The notes under the pieces are model-generated. The model was not told the DNA's origin. It searched no databases and worked only from the letters and a program-made list of their open reading frames with translations. A DNA stretch of 32,000 nt from Trichodesmium erythraeum IMS101 (GTDB lineage: Bacteria > Cyanobacteriota > Cyanobacteriia > Cyanobacteriales > Microcoleaceae), in the NCBI RefSeq assembly GCF_000014265.1, contig NC_008312.1, positions 2,490,001-2,522,000 of the forward strand. Reading direction: 5' to 3'. The position numbers were made by a program, and so were the translations under genes. Of the stretch, positions 1 through 9,306 are shown piece by piece. The stretch's first letter is position 1. Each line of letters starts with the position of its first letter.

Positions 1-723
1 ATATCAATATGTTCGAGCTACTTTTTACCCCGCGATGTGGTAGAATCACCTTTTGAAAGACTTGATATTCAGTCAAACTCCAATACTTACAAGTTATCAT
101 TTAGTCAACCAATAATGCAAACACCCTGGCAAACCTTAAGTTTAGGTTTATCTGCAATTAAGCCACATAGTCAAACTTCTATATTAGGAGAGAATTATCC
201 ATTATCTGAGGGTGCTGATAAAAATGGGGAAACGAAATTATCAATTTTGTAGCTTTTCCCAAATTATGAACTACGGGGAAAAAATCAAGTTTTGGCGTTT
301 AATTCTCAGTTGAATGTAGGGTTGGGAATATTAGATGCCACAAAAAATAGTAATGAACCAGATAGTCGATTTTTTTATTGGCTGGGTCAGGGACAATGGG
401 TGCGTCAGTTAAGCAAAAATACTTTCTTGGTGGTAGGAGCATATCTACAGTTATCCCCATCACATTTAGTGCCTAAAGAAAAGTTTGGTTTAGGGGTTTA
501 TCAAAGTGTGAGAACTTATCGTCAGGATACTCGTTTGACAGATAATAAAGCGTTGGGAACACTAGAGTTACGGTTGCCAGTACCCTGGATATCTGGAAAA
601 AATAGATTATTTCAGGTAGTGCCGTTTATTGATGGGGGAGTAGCGTGGAATAGTGATGGTAAAGAGGTGGAAGGAAGTAAGGCTTTGGCGGCGGCCGGGG
701 TGAGGTTGCAGGTAAATTTATAG
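1..723 (+). pseudogene. C-terminal part of a ShlB/FhaC/HecB-type (TpsB, two-partner secretion) outer-membrane transporter, nonsense-interrupted and 5'-truncated by the window edge
   Basis: Frame 1 is open from base 1. ORFs 37..252 and 292..723 share that frame and are separated by an in-frame TAG at 250..252. Motifs FFYWLGQGQW and PFIDGGVAWN fit the ShlB-type beta-barrel C-terminus. Normally conserved GG / RGY / DNG positions read GV / RTY / DNK. Confidence 0.55.
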
Positions 724-898
724 GAGAAGATAAATATGCCCTTAGATAATTGAATTCCTTTAGTAGATGTGGGCTCGCCAGATAAAACGGCTCAGGAGGA
801 AGGGTTTTATTTTTCTTTTTTTACTACTCCTTTTTCTTTTTGATCAGGGAGGTAAACTGATGGGATGAAGCTTAGGTAAGTATGACACACCTAAAAAA

Positions 899-1046
899 TA
901 AAGTAGGTTGGGTAGAACAAAGTGAGACCCAACACGCCCTTTATTAAAGTCAACCCCCCCCCTTTTTTATCCCTCCCCGAGGGAGGGAAGCGAAGAGCTA
1001 AAAAGTAGGTGAACGGAACAAAGTGAAACCAAACACCCGCTTTATT
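899..1046. repeat. Two diverged direct copies (~47 nt; 899..945 and 1002..1046) of a short repeat unit with an internal hairpin
   Basis: AAAGTAGGTTGGGTAGAACAAAGTGAGACCCAACACGCCCTTTATT vs AAAGTAGGTGAACGGAACAAAGTGAAACCAAACACCCGCTTTATT. Copy 1 carries the GTTGGGT...ACCCAAC inverted repeat. A C9T6 run and a CCCTCC-CCGA-GGAGGG hairpin lie between the copies. Confidence 0.6.
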
Positions 1047-1378
1047 GTGGTTTAGTTACCCTTACGCGATAGGGAGGTAGACTGAAATCAACAGTTCAGT
1101 TTTGAACCCAAGTAGCATAAATAAAGACAGTTACAGATTATCATAGATTCTAGGAGATTATAGCTAACAGCTAGTAACCATGCCATACCAACTCCCCTAG
1201 CAACTAGAATTTTTGATTGAACAAGAGGAGAATTACTGGATCAAAATTTATTATTAGGCATGAAAGGTTAGTGTTGCTCAATTGCAAGTATGAAATTCCT
1301 GACTTAAGAAAATATTAGTAACTCGTAAGACGTCCATGCTACTAATGTAACGTACCCACATTCAGCAACACCTCAAAA

Positions 1379-2803
1379 CTAACCGGAAGTTTCCGGAACT
1401 TCTTCTGTTTCCGCTTCTGCTTTTCCAAACACTACTCGCAGTAGGGGAGGCGCTAGAAATGTTGTAAGAATCACCATCAGAATAATTGCCACATCCAAAG
1501 CAGGAGATAAAGCACCACTAGCAGAACCAACAGAGGCAAAAACCAAACCAACCTCACCCCGTGGGACCATACCAACACCAATAGCTAAACGATTAATTGG
1601 ACCCAAACCAAACACACTAAAACCGCAGGCAACCTTACCAACAATAGCAACTGCTATCAAAAAAATTGCAATCACCAAACCTTCACGGTTAGTAGGAATA
1701 GCTGGGTTGAGAACATTTAGATTAGTTTTTGTTCCCACAGTAACAAAGAAAATAGGAACGATCACATCAGAAATAGGACGAATTAGCTCTTCCAACTCCC
1801 GTCCAACTTCTTTTTGATCTAAATTATCTAAAACTAATCCAGCAGCAAAAGCTCCCAATATTGCCTCCAAATGGATAGCAGTACCAATGTAAGCCATAAA
1901 TAATGCGATAGTCAAAGCTGGAATAACTGCCCTTCCTCGGGTTTTAAATTTTTCAGCAAAGAACACAAAACCATCATTAAAGAAACGACCAAGTAAGATC
2001 GCACCTACCAAAAATACACTAGCACTAATAATTAGATAAACAACATTGATGATATCCACTTCACCAGTTTTTGCTAAACTTGCTACAACTGCCAAGATAA
2101 TAATACCCATCACATCATCTATAACTGCAGCACCAAGAATAATTTGACCTTCTTGTGTATTGAGACGGTTAATTTCTGTTAGTACCCTGGAAGTGATACC
2201 GATACTGGTAGCTGTAAGTGCTGCCCCAGCAAAAACTGCTGGTACTGCTGATACATGGAAGATCGCCATCATTCCTGCCGTACCTCCGACGAAAGGCAAT
2301 ACTACACCAACAGTTGCAACAATTAGCGACTGAACACCAACTTGCATTAAATCTCTAATATTAGACTCTAGACCAATTTCAAACAACAAAATGATCACAC
2401 CCAGTTCTGCTAGAACATCTAGTACCTCACTTTGAGCCTGCAATGTAGCCCCAGCAGCTTCAGGAGCTAAACCTGCTGTTGCCTCCAAAATGTTAATAAT
2501 TACTGACGAAGAACTATCGGCCCCACTTTCTGGAAAGATTACCAAGTGTAGGGCAGAAATACCTATAACTACACCCCCCACCAATTCTCCTAATACAGGT
2601 GGAAAATTCAGCCAGCTAAAAAATTCTCCTCCTGCTTTACTAGCTATATAAATGGCCACTAAACTCAACAACACTCCTGCTAGTACCATTTCTGGTTCGG
2701 CTCCCGTTTCTGTGGCCGTAGCTAGTATCGGTGCAATTTTTCCCGATAAAGGAAATAAGAAAATTTCACTAAAAAAATTGGACTCTGCCATTAAACTAAA
2801 CAT
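1379..2803 (-). CDS. Cation:proton antiporter (CPA2 / Na+-H+ exchanger family), polytopic membrane protein
   Basis: 474-aa ORF with ATG at 2803. It is hydrophobic throughout with many predicted helices. The N-terminal LGELVGGVVIG and central ...GAAVIDDVMGIIILAV... patterns are typical of Kef/NapA/NhaS-type exchangers. Confidence 0.8.
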   Translation of the reverse strand: MFSLMAESNFFSEIFLFPLSGKIAPILATATETGAEPEMVLAGVLLSLVAIYIASKAGGEFFSWLNFPPVLGELVGGVVIGISALHLVIFPESGADSSSSVIINILEATAGLAPEAAGATLQAQSEVLDVLAELGVIILLFEIGLESNIRDLMQVGVQSLIVATVGVVLPFVGGTAGMMAIFHVSAVPAVFAGAALTATSIGITSRVLTEINRLNTQEGQIILGAAVIDDVMGIIILAVVASLAKTGEVDIINVVYLIISASVFLVGAILLGRFFNDGFVFFAEKFKTRGRAVIPALTIALFMAYIGTAIHLEAILGAFAAGLVLDNLDQKEVGRELEELIRPISDVIVPIFFVTVGTKTNLNVLNPAIPTNREGLVIAIFLIAVAIVGKVACGFSVFGLGPINRLAIGVGMVPRGEVGLVFASVGSASGALSPALDVAIILMVILTTFLAPPLLRVVFGKAEAETEEVPETSG

Positions 2804-3317
2804 TAAGTCTTTCTAAATCATCCTGATTTAATTTAACAAGACTTTGGGCAGTAGTGGTTTGTTAATTTGGAAATGATCACTTCAGATAAGTATAGAGGAG
2901 CATAACCTTATGGAGTAGGAAAAATTAAAGTAATTATACAATTATAATGATATACTTAATAAACTCAATTCTACATAACAGATATCTTCTATAGCTTGGC
3001 CTCAGAGTAATATCTCTATAGAATAGTCTTTTTCGGTCTAAGTTATTAGTTATCCAATTAATACCTACCTACTATTTCAGGAAGAGGCTTAAAATACTTA
3101 GGGCTTTTTGAAATTTGTCAAATTCTGAGCTTACCACACCAAAAAGCTTGCATAGGCGCCCACATAAGTCTAAAGCCTTTATCTGTAAATGCTTTCAGTT
3201 TTTGCAACAAACTCTACTTATAATTTTTTTTGATCTCCAACTAGACTATACCTGATAACTTTTTTTCTTCAGATAAAACTTGACAAAATAAAGAAGTTAT
3301 GGGGAGATAATAATCTT

Positions 3318-3341
3318 CCTTTTTCTGTGATCAGAAAAAGG
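3318..3341 (-). terminator. Hairpin 62 nt downstream of the C-N hydrolase stop (possible terminator)
   Basis: CCTTTTTCTG-tgat-CAGAAAAAGG, a 10-bp stem. The flanking T-run is better on the + strand (GGTTTTAAAAG), so strand assignment is uncertain. Confidence 0.3.
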
Positions 3342-3402
3342 TTTTAAAAGTTACTTATAATGCATACCTGGAAAAGGGGAGATTTGAGTCCTGATTTTCT
3401 CG

Positions 3403-4218
3403 TCAAGATATAAATACCCTATGTTGGAGGGACGGCATTTGCCTACGAACTTGTTCTAAGCGAGTAGGGTCAATTTCTGCGATCGCCACTCCTGGTTTGT
3501 CCCCGGTATCTGCCAAAATCAAACCCCAGGGGTCAACTATCATTGCATGGCCATGAGTTTGTCTTCTACCGTAGTGATTACCTGTTTGGGCCGGGGCGAT
3601 AATATAACAGGTATTTTCTATAGCTCGTGCTTGGAGTAATACTTGCCAATGGTCTTTTCCTGTGTATGCAGTAAAAGCCGCTGGTATAAATAAAACTTCA
3701 GCTCCTGCATTTGAAAGATGTCGATAGAGTTCAGGGAATCTTACATCATAGCATACTGATATACCTAAATTTCCATAATCTTTAGATTCATACACTGATG
3801 GTAACTTCATTCCTGCTTTGACCGTATTTGATTCTTGATAAGTATTACCATCGGGTAAGTTAACATCAAATAAATGTGCTTTTTCATACCTTGCTACTTC
3901 TATGCCATTAGGCTCAATTAAAGATGCAACATTGTAAACTTTGCCATTTGTTGTCGGTACTGGATAACCACCTCCTAAAATTGTGATTTGATATTTTTGA
4001 GCAATTGTTTTGAGAAACTTTTCACTCTCCTTAGCGATCGCTTCTGCTTGAGATATTTTTTCTTCCTCTCCACCTAAGAAAGAAAAATTTTCTGGCAAGG
4101 TAACTAATTCTGCACCTTGACGGATAGCTAAGTCTATTAATTCTTCTGCTTGTAATAAGTTTTTTGCCAAGTCAGGCACACTTGTCATTGATATAGCCGC
4201 AGCGAGATAGGATTTCAT
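3403..4218 (-). CDS. Carbon-nitrogen hydrolase family protein (nitrilase superfamily, Nit/omega-amidase-like)
   Basis: 271-aa ORF. The Glu-Lys-Cys catalytic triad contexts are present: LPENF, YEKAHLFD, ISVCYDVRFPE. Confidence 0.85.
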   Translation of the reverse strand: MKSYLAAAISMTSVPDLAKNLLQAEELIDLAIRQGAELVTLPENFSFLGGEEEKISQAEAIAKESEKFLKTIAQKYQITILGGGYPVPTTNGKVYNVASLIEPNGIEVARYEKAHLFDVNLPDGNTYQESNTVKAGMKLPSVYESKDYGNLGISVCYDVRFPELYRHLSNAGAEVLFIPAAFTAYTGKDHWQVLLQARAIENTCYIIAPAQTGNHYGRRQTHGHAMIVDPWGLILADTGDKPGVAIAEIDPTRLEQVRRQMPSLQHRVFIS

Positions 4219-4459
4219 TAAGTCAGTTTTTTACAAAGTCTTAAAGTTTTTATTAGAGTAAAATATACAAGAAACAGATTTTAGATAATAGGAAATATAG
4301 GAAATAAAGAATAGACAATAGCAATCAATATTTTACCTGACATTATTATGGCCACAAACCCTATATTAGGCATTTTTTTTTGATATGTAAAATAAGTAAT
4401 TTATGATTTACTAACATTCAAAATCCTTTTTCAAACCTTATTTATTTCTTGGATATTTT

Positions 4460-4495
4460 ATGGATGCTTTTTCCTTAAAAGCATCCATATTTTTG
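4460..4495 (+). terminator. Rho-independent terminator-like hairpin with no annotated + strand gene upstream
   Basis: ATGGATGCTTTT-tcctt-AAAAGCATCCAT (12-bp stem) followed by ATTTTTG on the + strand. The minus-strand reading lacks a U-tract. Confidence 0.4.
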
Positions 4496-4721
4496 ACACA
4501 AATCAAATGAAATTATACAGATGGGGTGTCATCAATAAAATTATCAACTCCATTTTATTGACAATATTAATTTCTTTCTTCACCACCATTTTTAACTCTA
4601 CAATAAACTATTGAGTCGAGTCTTATCTTTTTTTTCATAGTATTACATTCAGTCTAAATATACATAGTTCAGATAATTCAGACAAATTGTAACTCTGATC
4701 AAAAAGTTCACCTTTTTACTT

Positions 4722-4847
4722 TTACATAGGATGAAAAAGCAGGTCTGGGAAAAACCGATTAAACTCAATTAAAATTCCAGCTGTGATAATCATCCAAACT
4801 GTAGCCAAAACTGGCGCTGTGGACAGATACTTAAGTAAGTCTTGCAT
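4722..4847 (-). CDS. psaJ: Photosystem I reaction centre subunit IX (PsaJ), 41 aa; not in the supplied ORF track
   Basis: My own translation of the minus strand gives [41 protein letters not shown]. This is the canonical PsaJ sequence pattern. It lies downstream of psaF as in other cyanobacteria. Confidence 0.9.
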   Translation of the reverse strand: MQDLLKYLSTAPVLATVWMIITAGILIEFNRFFPDLLFHPM

Positions 4848-5161
4848 GAATATTTCTCCTGAAACTGATTTAAATAATCAGGTATTGTTCAGCCCATGTT
4901 AATTAGCATTCAGCTAGCTTCCCACCCTAAAAATAGGTTAACAGCTTTTAGCACCTCTCAATTAAAATACCAAAAAACTATTATATCAGATAGTTAACTA
5001 GGAGTTCCCATCTCCTGTTTAGTTCAAAAAATGAGCTTACTAACTTGATAGTGCTGATAGCTTCTTTAAAAACATGGTTTTAGATCAAATTGGTAATTAT
5101 TAATTAGTATTTTTATACTGACTAAAATCACCATTATTTAACTACTCTTTTGGTCACTTTT

Positions 5162-5653
5162 CTAGCGAGGGGAAACAGTAATTTCATTATCCTTAGCAAA
5201 CATTTTACCAGAGGTATATTCCTTGAATGCTAATACAGGCCATAAAAATCCACCTAGCATTTTTTTAGTTGCTAAAGGCAAGTCAATAATAATCTCTTTT
5301 TCCTCTGGATTTTTTTCTGTTTGTACTGCTTGAAGATAGGAACGACCTACCCAACCGATCCAACCTGCAATATACAAAAATAAAATACCAGGAATTGTAA
5401 AGTCGCCTGCGTGGTTCCAGCTTCCATCTACAATTAAATGAGGCAGTCCATCGTCTTCTCCACAAAGTTGTTGAGAATAACGTTCAAATCGTTTTTTGCC
5501 AGATTCTGGATCTCCTGTAGTAGGAAGAGCATCTTCAGCTAGTGCCTGAAAAATAGGTGATTCTGAACAAGGTACTAAATTATATGCTGATGCTGTAGGC
5601 ACACAAGTTACCCAAAGACTAATGGCTAAAACCAAAGCCAAAAAACGTCTCAT
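5162..5653 (-). CDS. psaF: Photosystem I reaction centre subunit III (PsaF) precursor
   Basis: The ORF contains a signal peptide ([15 protein letters not shown]...ASA) followed by [11 protein letters not shown]... and a C-terminal TM region ([16 protein letters not shown]). Start chosen at the ATG at 5653 rather than the upstream ATG at 5695. Confidence 0.9.
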   Translation of the reverse strand: MRRFLALVLAISLWVTCVPTASAYNLVPCSESPIFQALAEDALPTTGDPESGKKRFERYSQQLCGEDDGLPHLIVDGSWNHAGDFTIPGILFLYIAGWIGWVGRSYLQAVQTEKNPEEKEIIIDLPLATKKMLGGFLWPVLAFKEYTSGKMFAKDNEITVSPR

Positions 5654-5997
5654 GGAATTGTTTCCTTTTATTACAAACTGTTGACAATTATCCATACTTT
5701 TGTACTTAAACTAAGCTCAAAGTAAGGATATTTTGATTGGCATTTTTCCAACTCCAAAAACAATAGCATTGGAGCGGTATTCTTTACTTTACATACAATG
5801 TTTTCTGCTTCAATGAATGCTAGTGGCGGCCAATCTTTCTGTTACCCTTTCTGCATCATCTCTACAGATATTTTACGGCAGATTTATCTCACCGCAGTTA
5901 TTTATTGTCTGTTTGATTTTATAATACTTTATTGATATCAACACTAAATTTTTTTAGTGTTAGTTGTTTGAAAAAATTAATATCAATTTATGTAGCA

Positions 5998-6954
5998 ATG
6001 ACAACGGTTTTAGCTATAGAAACAAGTTGTGATGAAACATCTGTGGCAATTGTTAAAAATCGTCAAGTTTTAAGTAACATTGTGAAGTCACAAATTAATA
6101 TCCATAGCTTTTATGGAGGAGTAGTTCCAGAGGTAGCTTCACGACAACATTTAGAAATAATTAATCAGGCGATCGCTCAAGCTTTCAGAGAAGCAAATTT
6201 AGACTGGCCAGACATTGATGGTATTGGAGCTACTTGCGCCCCTGGTCTAGTTGGCGCTCTGTTAGTTGGCCTGACGGCGGCCAAAACCTTAGCTATTGTC
6301 CATGAAAAGCCCTTTGTGGGAGTCCATCACTTAGAAGGTCATATTTATGCAACCTACCTAAGCCAACCCGAGTTAGTACCACCTTTTCTTTGTTTGTTAG
6401 TTTCTGGAGGTCATACCAGTTTGATTTATGTCAAAAATTGTGGGGAATATGAAACTTTAGGGCAAACAAGAGATGATGCAGCAGGAGAAGCTTTTGACAA
6501 AGTAGCTAGATTATTAAAACTTGGCTATCCCGGTGGACCTGTAATTGATAAATTAGCTGCAGAGGGTAATAAATTAGCATTTTCTCTCCCTGAAGGGAAA
6601 ATTTCTTTGCCTGGAGGAGGCTATCATCCTTATGATTTTAGTTTCAGTGGACTCAAAACTGCAGTATTGCGATTAGTCCAGAAAATAGAACAAGAAGGTA
6701 ATGAATTATTATCAGGGTCTTCAGTAACTAAAGACATTGCAGCCAGCTTTCAAGAAACTGTAGCAAAAGGGCTAACAAAAAGAGCTATCGCTTGTGCATT
6801 AGACTATAGCTTAAACACAATTGCTATTGGCGGTGGTGTAGCAGCTAATAGTAGTTTGCGACAGCACTTAAGTAGAGCAGTAGAAAGTCATAACTTGCAA
6901 GTACTATTTCCCTCACTCAGATTTTGTACGGATAATGCAGCCATGATAGGTTGT
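5998..6954 (+). CDS. tsaD: tRNA N6-adenosine threonylcarbamoyltransferase TsaD (Gcp/Kae1 family), exon 1
   Basis: [19 protein letters not shown]..., HHLEGH, ...[11 protein letters not shown]. The reading frame is then broken by GTGCG, the group II intron 5' consensus, at 6955. Start at the ATG at 5998, because the upstream extension has no TsaD similarity. Confidence 0.9.
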
Positions 6955-7551
6955 GTGCGGCTCGTTGGCCACTAAGACCAGATATTTAGGTAGAAATGGC
7001 CGTCCTAAATCAACAGATGAAGACAACCTCAGATTTATGGATAACTCTTATGACCTTGTAGGTGAAATTCCTACCGCCTCGTTGTTGGGCTGACAGCATA
7101 GACCACAGGGTAGCGAATGAACATCAATCCCTGAAGCTGGTCTAAATGCGGGACAACTTCAACTACCAGAAGTAAACTCTGCTAGCAGAGTCTGACAAGC
7201 GGACGAACAGGAAGGTAATAAAACTCTCGTAATCATCAACCACCCGCTAAGGTAGTCATGGGTGTAGGGCTGACCAGCCAGGGGGTCAATGGACAGTATT
7301 ATGCAACCGATATTGTCAACAACAATAATGCGCCCTCCGGGAGACTTTACCCCGCTAAATCAGACGCAACAAAGGCATAAGGGAACGAGAAAACCTCTCT
7401 AATACACCTAAGAATATCGCTCAAGAACTTAGGAAGCCATTCAAGGTTAATCTACGCATTTTGGACGTAGGTCTTAGAGAGAGTAGGATTGGGTAAAAAG
7501 CAGGAATGCTGACGTACCCACTTTTAGACGTAATGTAAAATAATTACTAGC

Positions 7552-8788
7552 AATGAATAAAGCTAAAACACTAAAGAGAAGACTGAATAATTCAGAGCCC
7601 TATTTAAGTGTGGCATGGAATACATACAATATATCTAATCAATTAGATGTCAACCCCAACTTTAAATGGAAAGACATAGACAGGCATTTGGCCATTGAAT
7701 AATGTGTTCAAGTTGTAAAAGTTAATTTACAAAGCATCCGGCCGTGGCGAAATCCGCAAAATGTGTAAACACCAAAAACTTTTAACCAAAAGCTATGACG
7801 CAAGGCTGTTGACTCTTAGACCATTAACTCAGGAGAATCAGGGCTAAAGAACTACGGGGATAAATGTCAGAAAAAGCCTGCCACCAAATTTCACAAATAT
7901 CTCAATGTAGCACTAAAAGCTAAAACCTTAATAAAGGAATGCTTGAAGCAAATAGGATTAAAACTCAAACCAGAAAAAACCAAGATTGGCCAAACACTCA
8001 AGGAATACCAAGGAAATCAACTCGGACTTTATTTCTTAGCATTTGAAGTGAGGTAATACGAGGTTAATTCAGCCAAGCTAGAATTTAAAACTAAGTATTT
8101 ATTACCGGAAATTAGCAGATATTTGTGATTCTCACAAATATGCCCCAGTTTCAGCCTTAGTAACTAAACTAAATCCATTAATCAGAGCAGCAGCTAACTA
8201 TTACTCAGCTCTAGTCAGTCAAGAAATATATACTAAAGTAGACTATCTCTTGTAGAAAAGGCTAGGTCAATGGGCAAGACTATTGGGATCTGAATAAGTC
8301 CGCTACCTGGGCAAAAAAAAGTATTTTCCCACAAGAGAGTTCAGAAATTAGATTCAGTTCGGATGGGAAATATACGTTAAATAAACACTCAGATGTACTT
8401 ATAGTTAAATACACTAAGCTAAGGAACGTACATTAAATAAGACCCGAAATTTGTAGTTTGTGCCTGAAAAATATATTGAGTGTCATTAATTTTCTCCGGC
8501 TTTATTTTATTCTCATTCCAAAAAGATACCAAGTCCATGACGGGGATTAGAATTATTGGAGTAATAGAATCACCAAAGCACCTAGGTATGAGGAAAGAAG
8601 TTTCAACGCTGTTGAAAATACAAAAAGGTAAATGCACATTTTGTAGATGAAAATTCAGACCGACAGATTTAATTGATATAGACCAAATTTTTCTCAGGTC
8701 TGAAAGCGCTAGTGACACATAAAAAAATCAACAAGTGTTGCACCGACATTGTCACGATACTAAAACTGCACTAGACAGGGAAGACTAG
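7552..8788 (+). pseudogene. Degenerate group II intron-encoded protein (reverse transcriptase/maturase/HNH), multiple stops, frameshifts and an internal RT deletion
   Basis: N-terminal remnant MNKAKTLKRRL...SVAWNT...FKWKDIDRH. RT-0/1-like text ...LLTKSYDARLLTLRPLTQENQG*. RT-7-like KPEKTKIGQT...LYFLAFEV. HNH remnant KGKCTFCR*KF...LIDIDQI...LHRHCHDTKTALD. No continuous ORF exists. Confidence 0.75.
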
Positions 8789-8901
8789 GCAGCCAAAAGG
8801 CTAAAAGAAAAACCTGACTTATCAGAAGGCTATCAATAGATAGACGATATGGTGATACTAGAAAGCAGGGATGTACCCATAGAAAGGGACGCCTAGGAGA
8901 G

Positions 8902-8935
8902 AAGCCGTGTGAGGTGAAAGTCTCACGCACGGTTT
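8902..8935 (+). other. Group II intron domain V (catalytic hairpin)
   Basis: AAGCCGTGT-GAGGT-GAAA-GTCTC-AC-GCACGGTTT. This is a 34-nt hairpin with the AGC triad, a GAAA tetraloop and a 2-nt AC bulge, as in the domain V consensus. Confidence 0.85.
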
Positions 8936-8991
8936 TGAAGACCAACAGGCCTTATAAAGGGTAATCTGGAAATAGGCTTGTTGAGTTTAAC

Positions 8992-9102
8992 GCTGCGGCT
9001 GACCATCTTAGTCGAGGCCATATTTCATCCCTGAACTTAGGAGCCAATTCTCGAATGGCCATTAAAGATGTGATGAAATTATACACTCTTTCATTGAGTT
9101 GA
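8992..9102 (+). CDS. tsaD: TsaD exon 2 (C-terminal 36 aa)
   Basis: AAADHLSRGHISSLNLGANSRMAIKDVMKLYTLSLS* follows the intron 3' end in frame with exon 1. AAADH.. after NAAMI(A/G)C matches cyanobacterial TsaD as I recall it. Confidence 0.8.
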   Translation, partial: AAADHLSRGHISSLNLGANSRMAIKDVMKLYTLSLS

Positions 9103-9218
9103 GCTATTTATTAGAGTAGTTATTTTAGTTATCAGTTAGCATCTTGAGACTAATCGCTGCATTTTTCATGTCGCGTTGGGAAACAGTGCCAACTGCTGAA
9201 ACCAGAGACTAAAAATAC

Positions 9219-9244
9219 CGTAAGCATTCAGCTGAATGCTTACG
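9219..9244. terminator. Perfect 26-nt palindrome downstream of tsaD exon 2 (possible terminator; the U-tract is only on the minus-strand side)
   Basis: CGTAAGCATTCAGCTGAATGCTTACG, preceded by CTAAAAATAC. Confidence 0.3.
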
Positions 9245-9306
9245 AAATACTCAATCGAATATTTTTTTGATTCCTACAATTGGGAAAGCTTCAAACATAA
9301 TCAGTA

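Larger units (their letters stand above)
6955..8991 (+). mobile_element. Group II intron (2,037 nt) inserted in tsaD, with degenerate intron-encoded protein
   Basis: 5' GTGCG at 6955. Domain V sits at 8902..8935. A domain VI helix (8939..8951 / 8975..8988) has a bulged A8984 7 nt from the 3' end. The intron ends ...TTTAAC. Joining 6954 to 8992 restores the conserved TsaD C-terminus (MIGC|AAADHLSRGH...). RT/X/HNH remnants lie in domain IV. Confidence 0.88.

Noticed and set aside
4460-4488. The hairpin at 4460..4488 as the psaF-psaJ terminator
   Set aside because: It lies about 230 nt downstream of psaJ, and in the minus-strand orientation it is followed by AAAATATCC rather than a U-tract. It is kept only as a + strand terminator candidate.
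5283-5465. 60-aa minus-strand ORF inside psaF
   Set aside because: It is an alternative frame of a well-supported conserved gene, with an Arg-rich nonsense translation.
6955-6975. The ORF-track C-terminus of TsaD (...VRLVGH*) and the 5932 start
   Set aside because: VRLVGH* is translation of the intron 5' end (GTGCGGCTCG...), and the true C-terminus is restored by splicing to 8992. The 22 codons before ATG 5998 have no TsaD similarity.
8419-8945. Minus-strand ORFs 8419..8718 and 8760..8945
   Set aside because: They are antisense to the HNH remnant and to domain V of the group II intron, with no protein motifs. The second spans the ribozyme catalytic hairpin.
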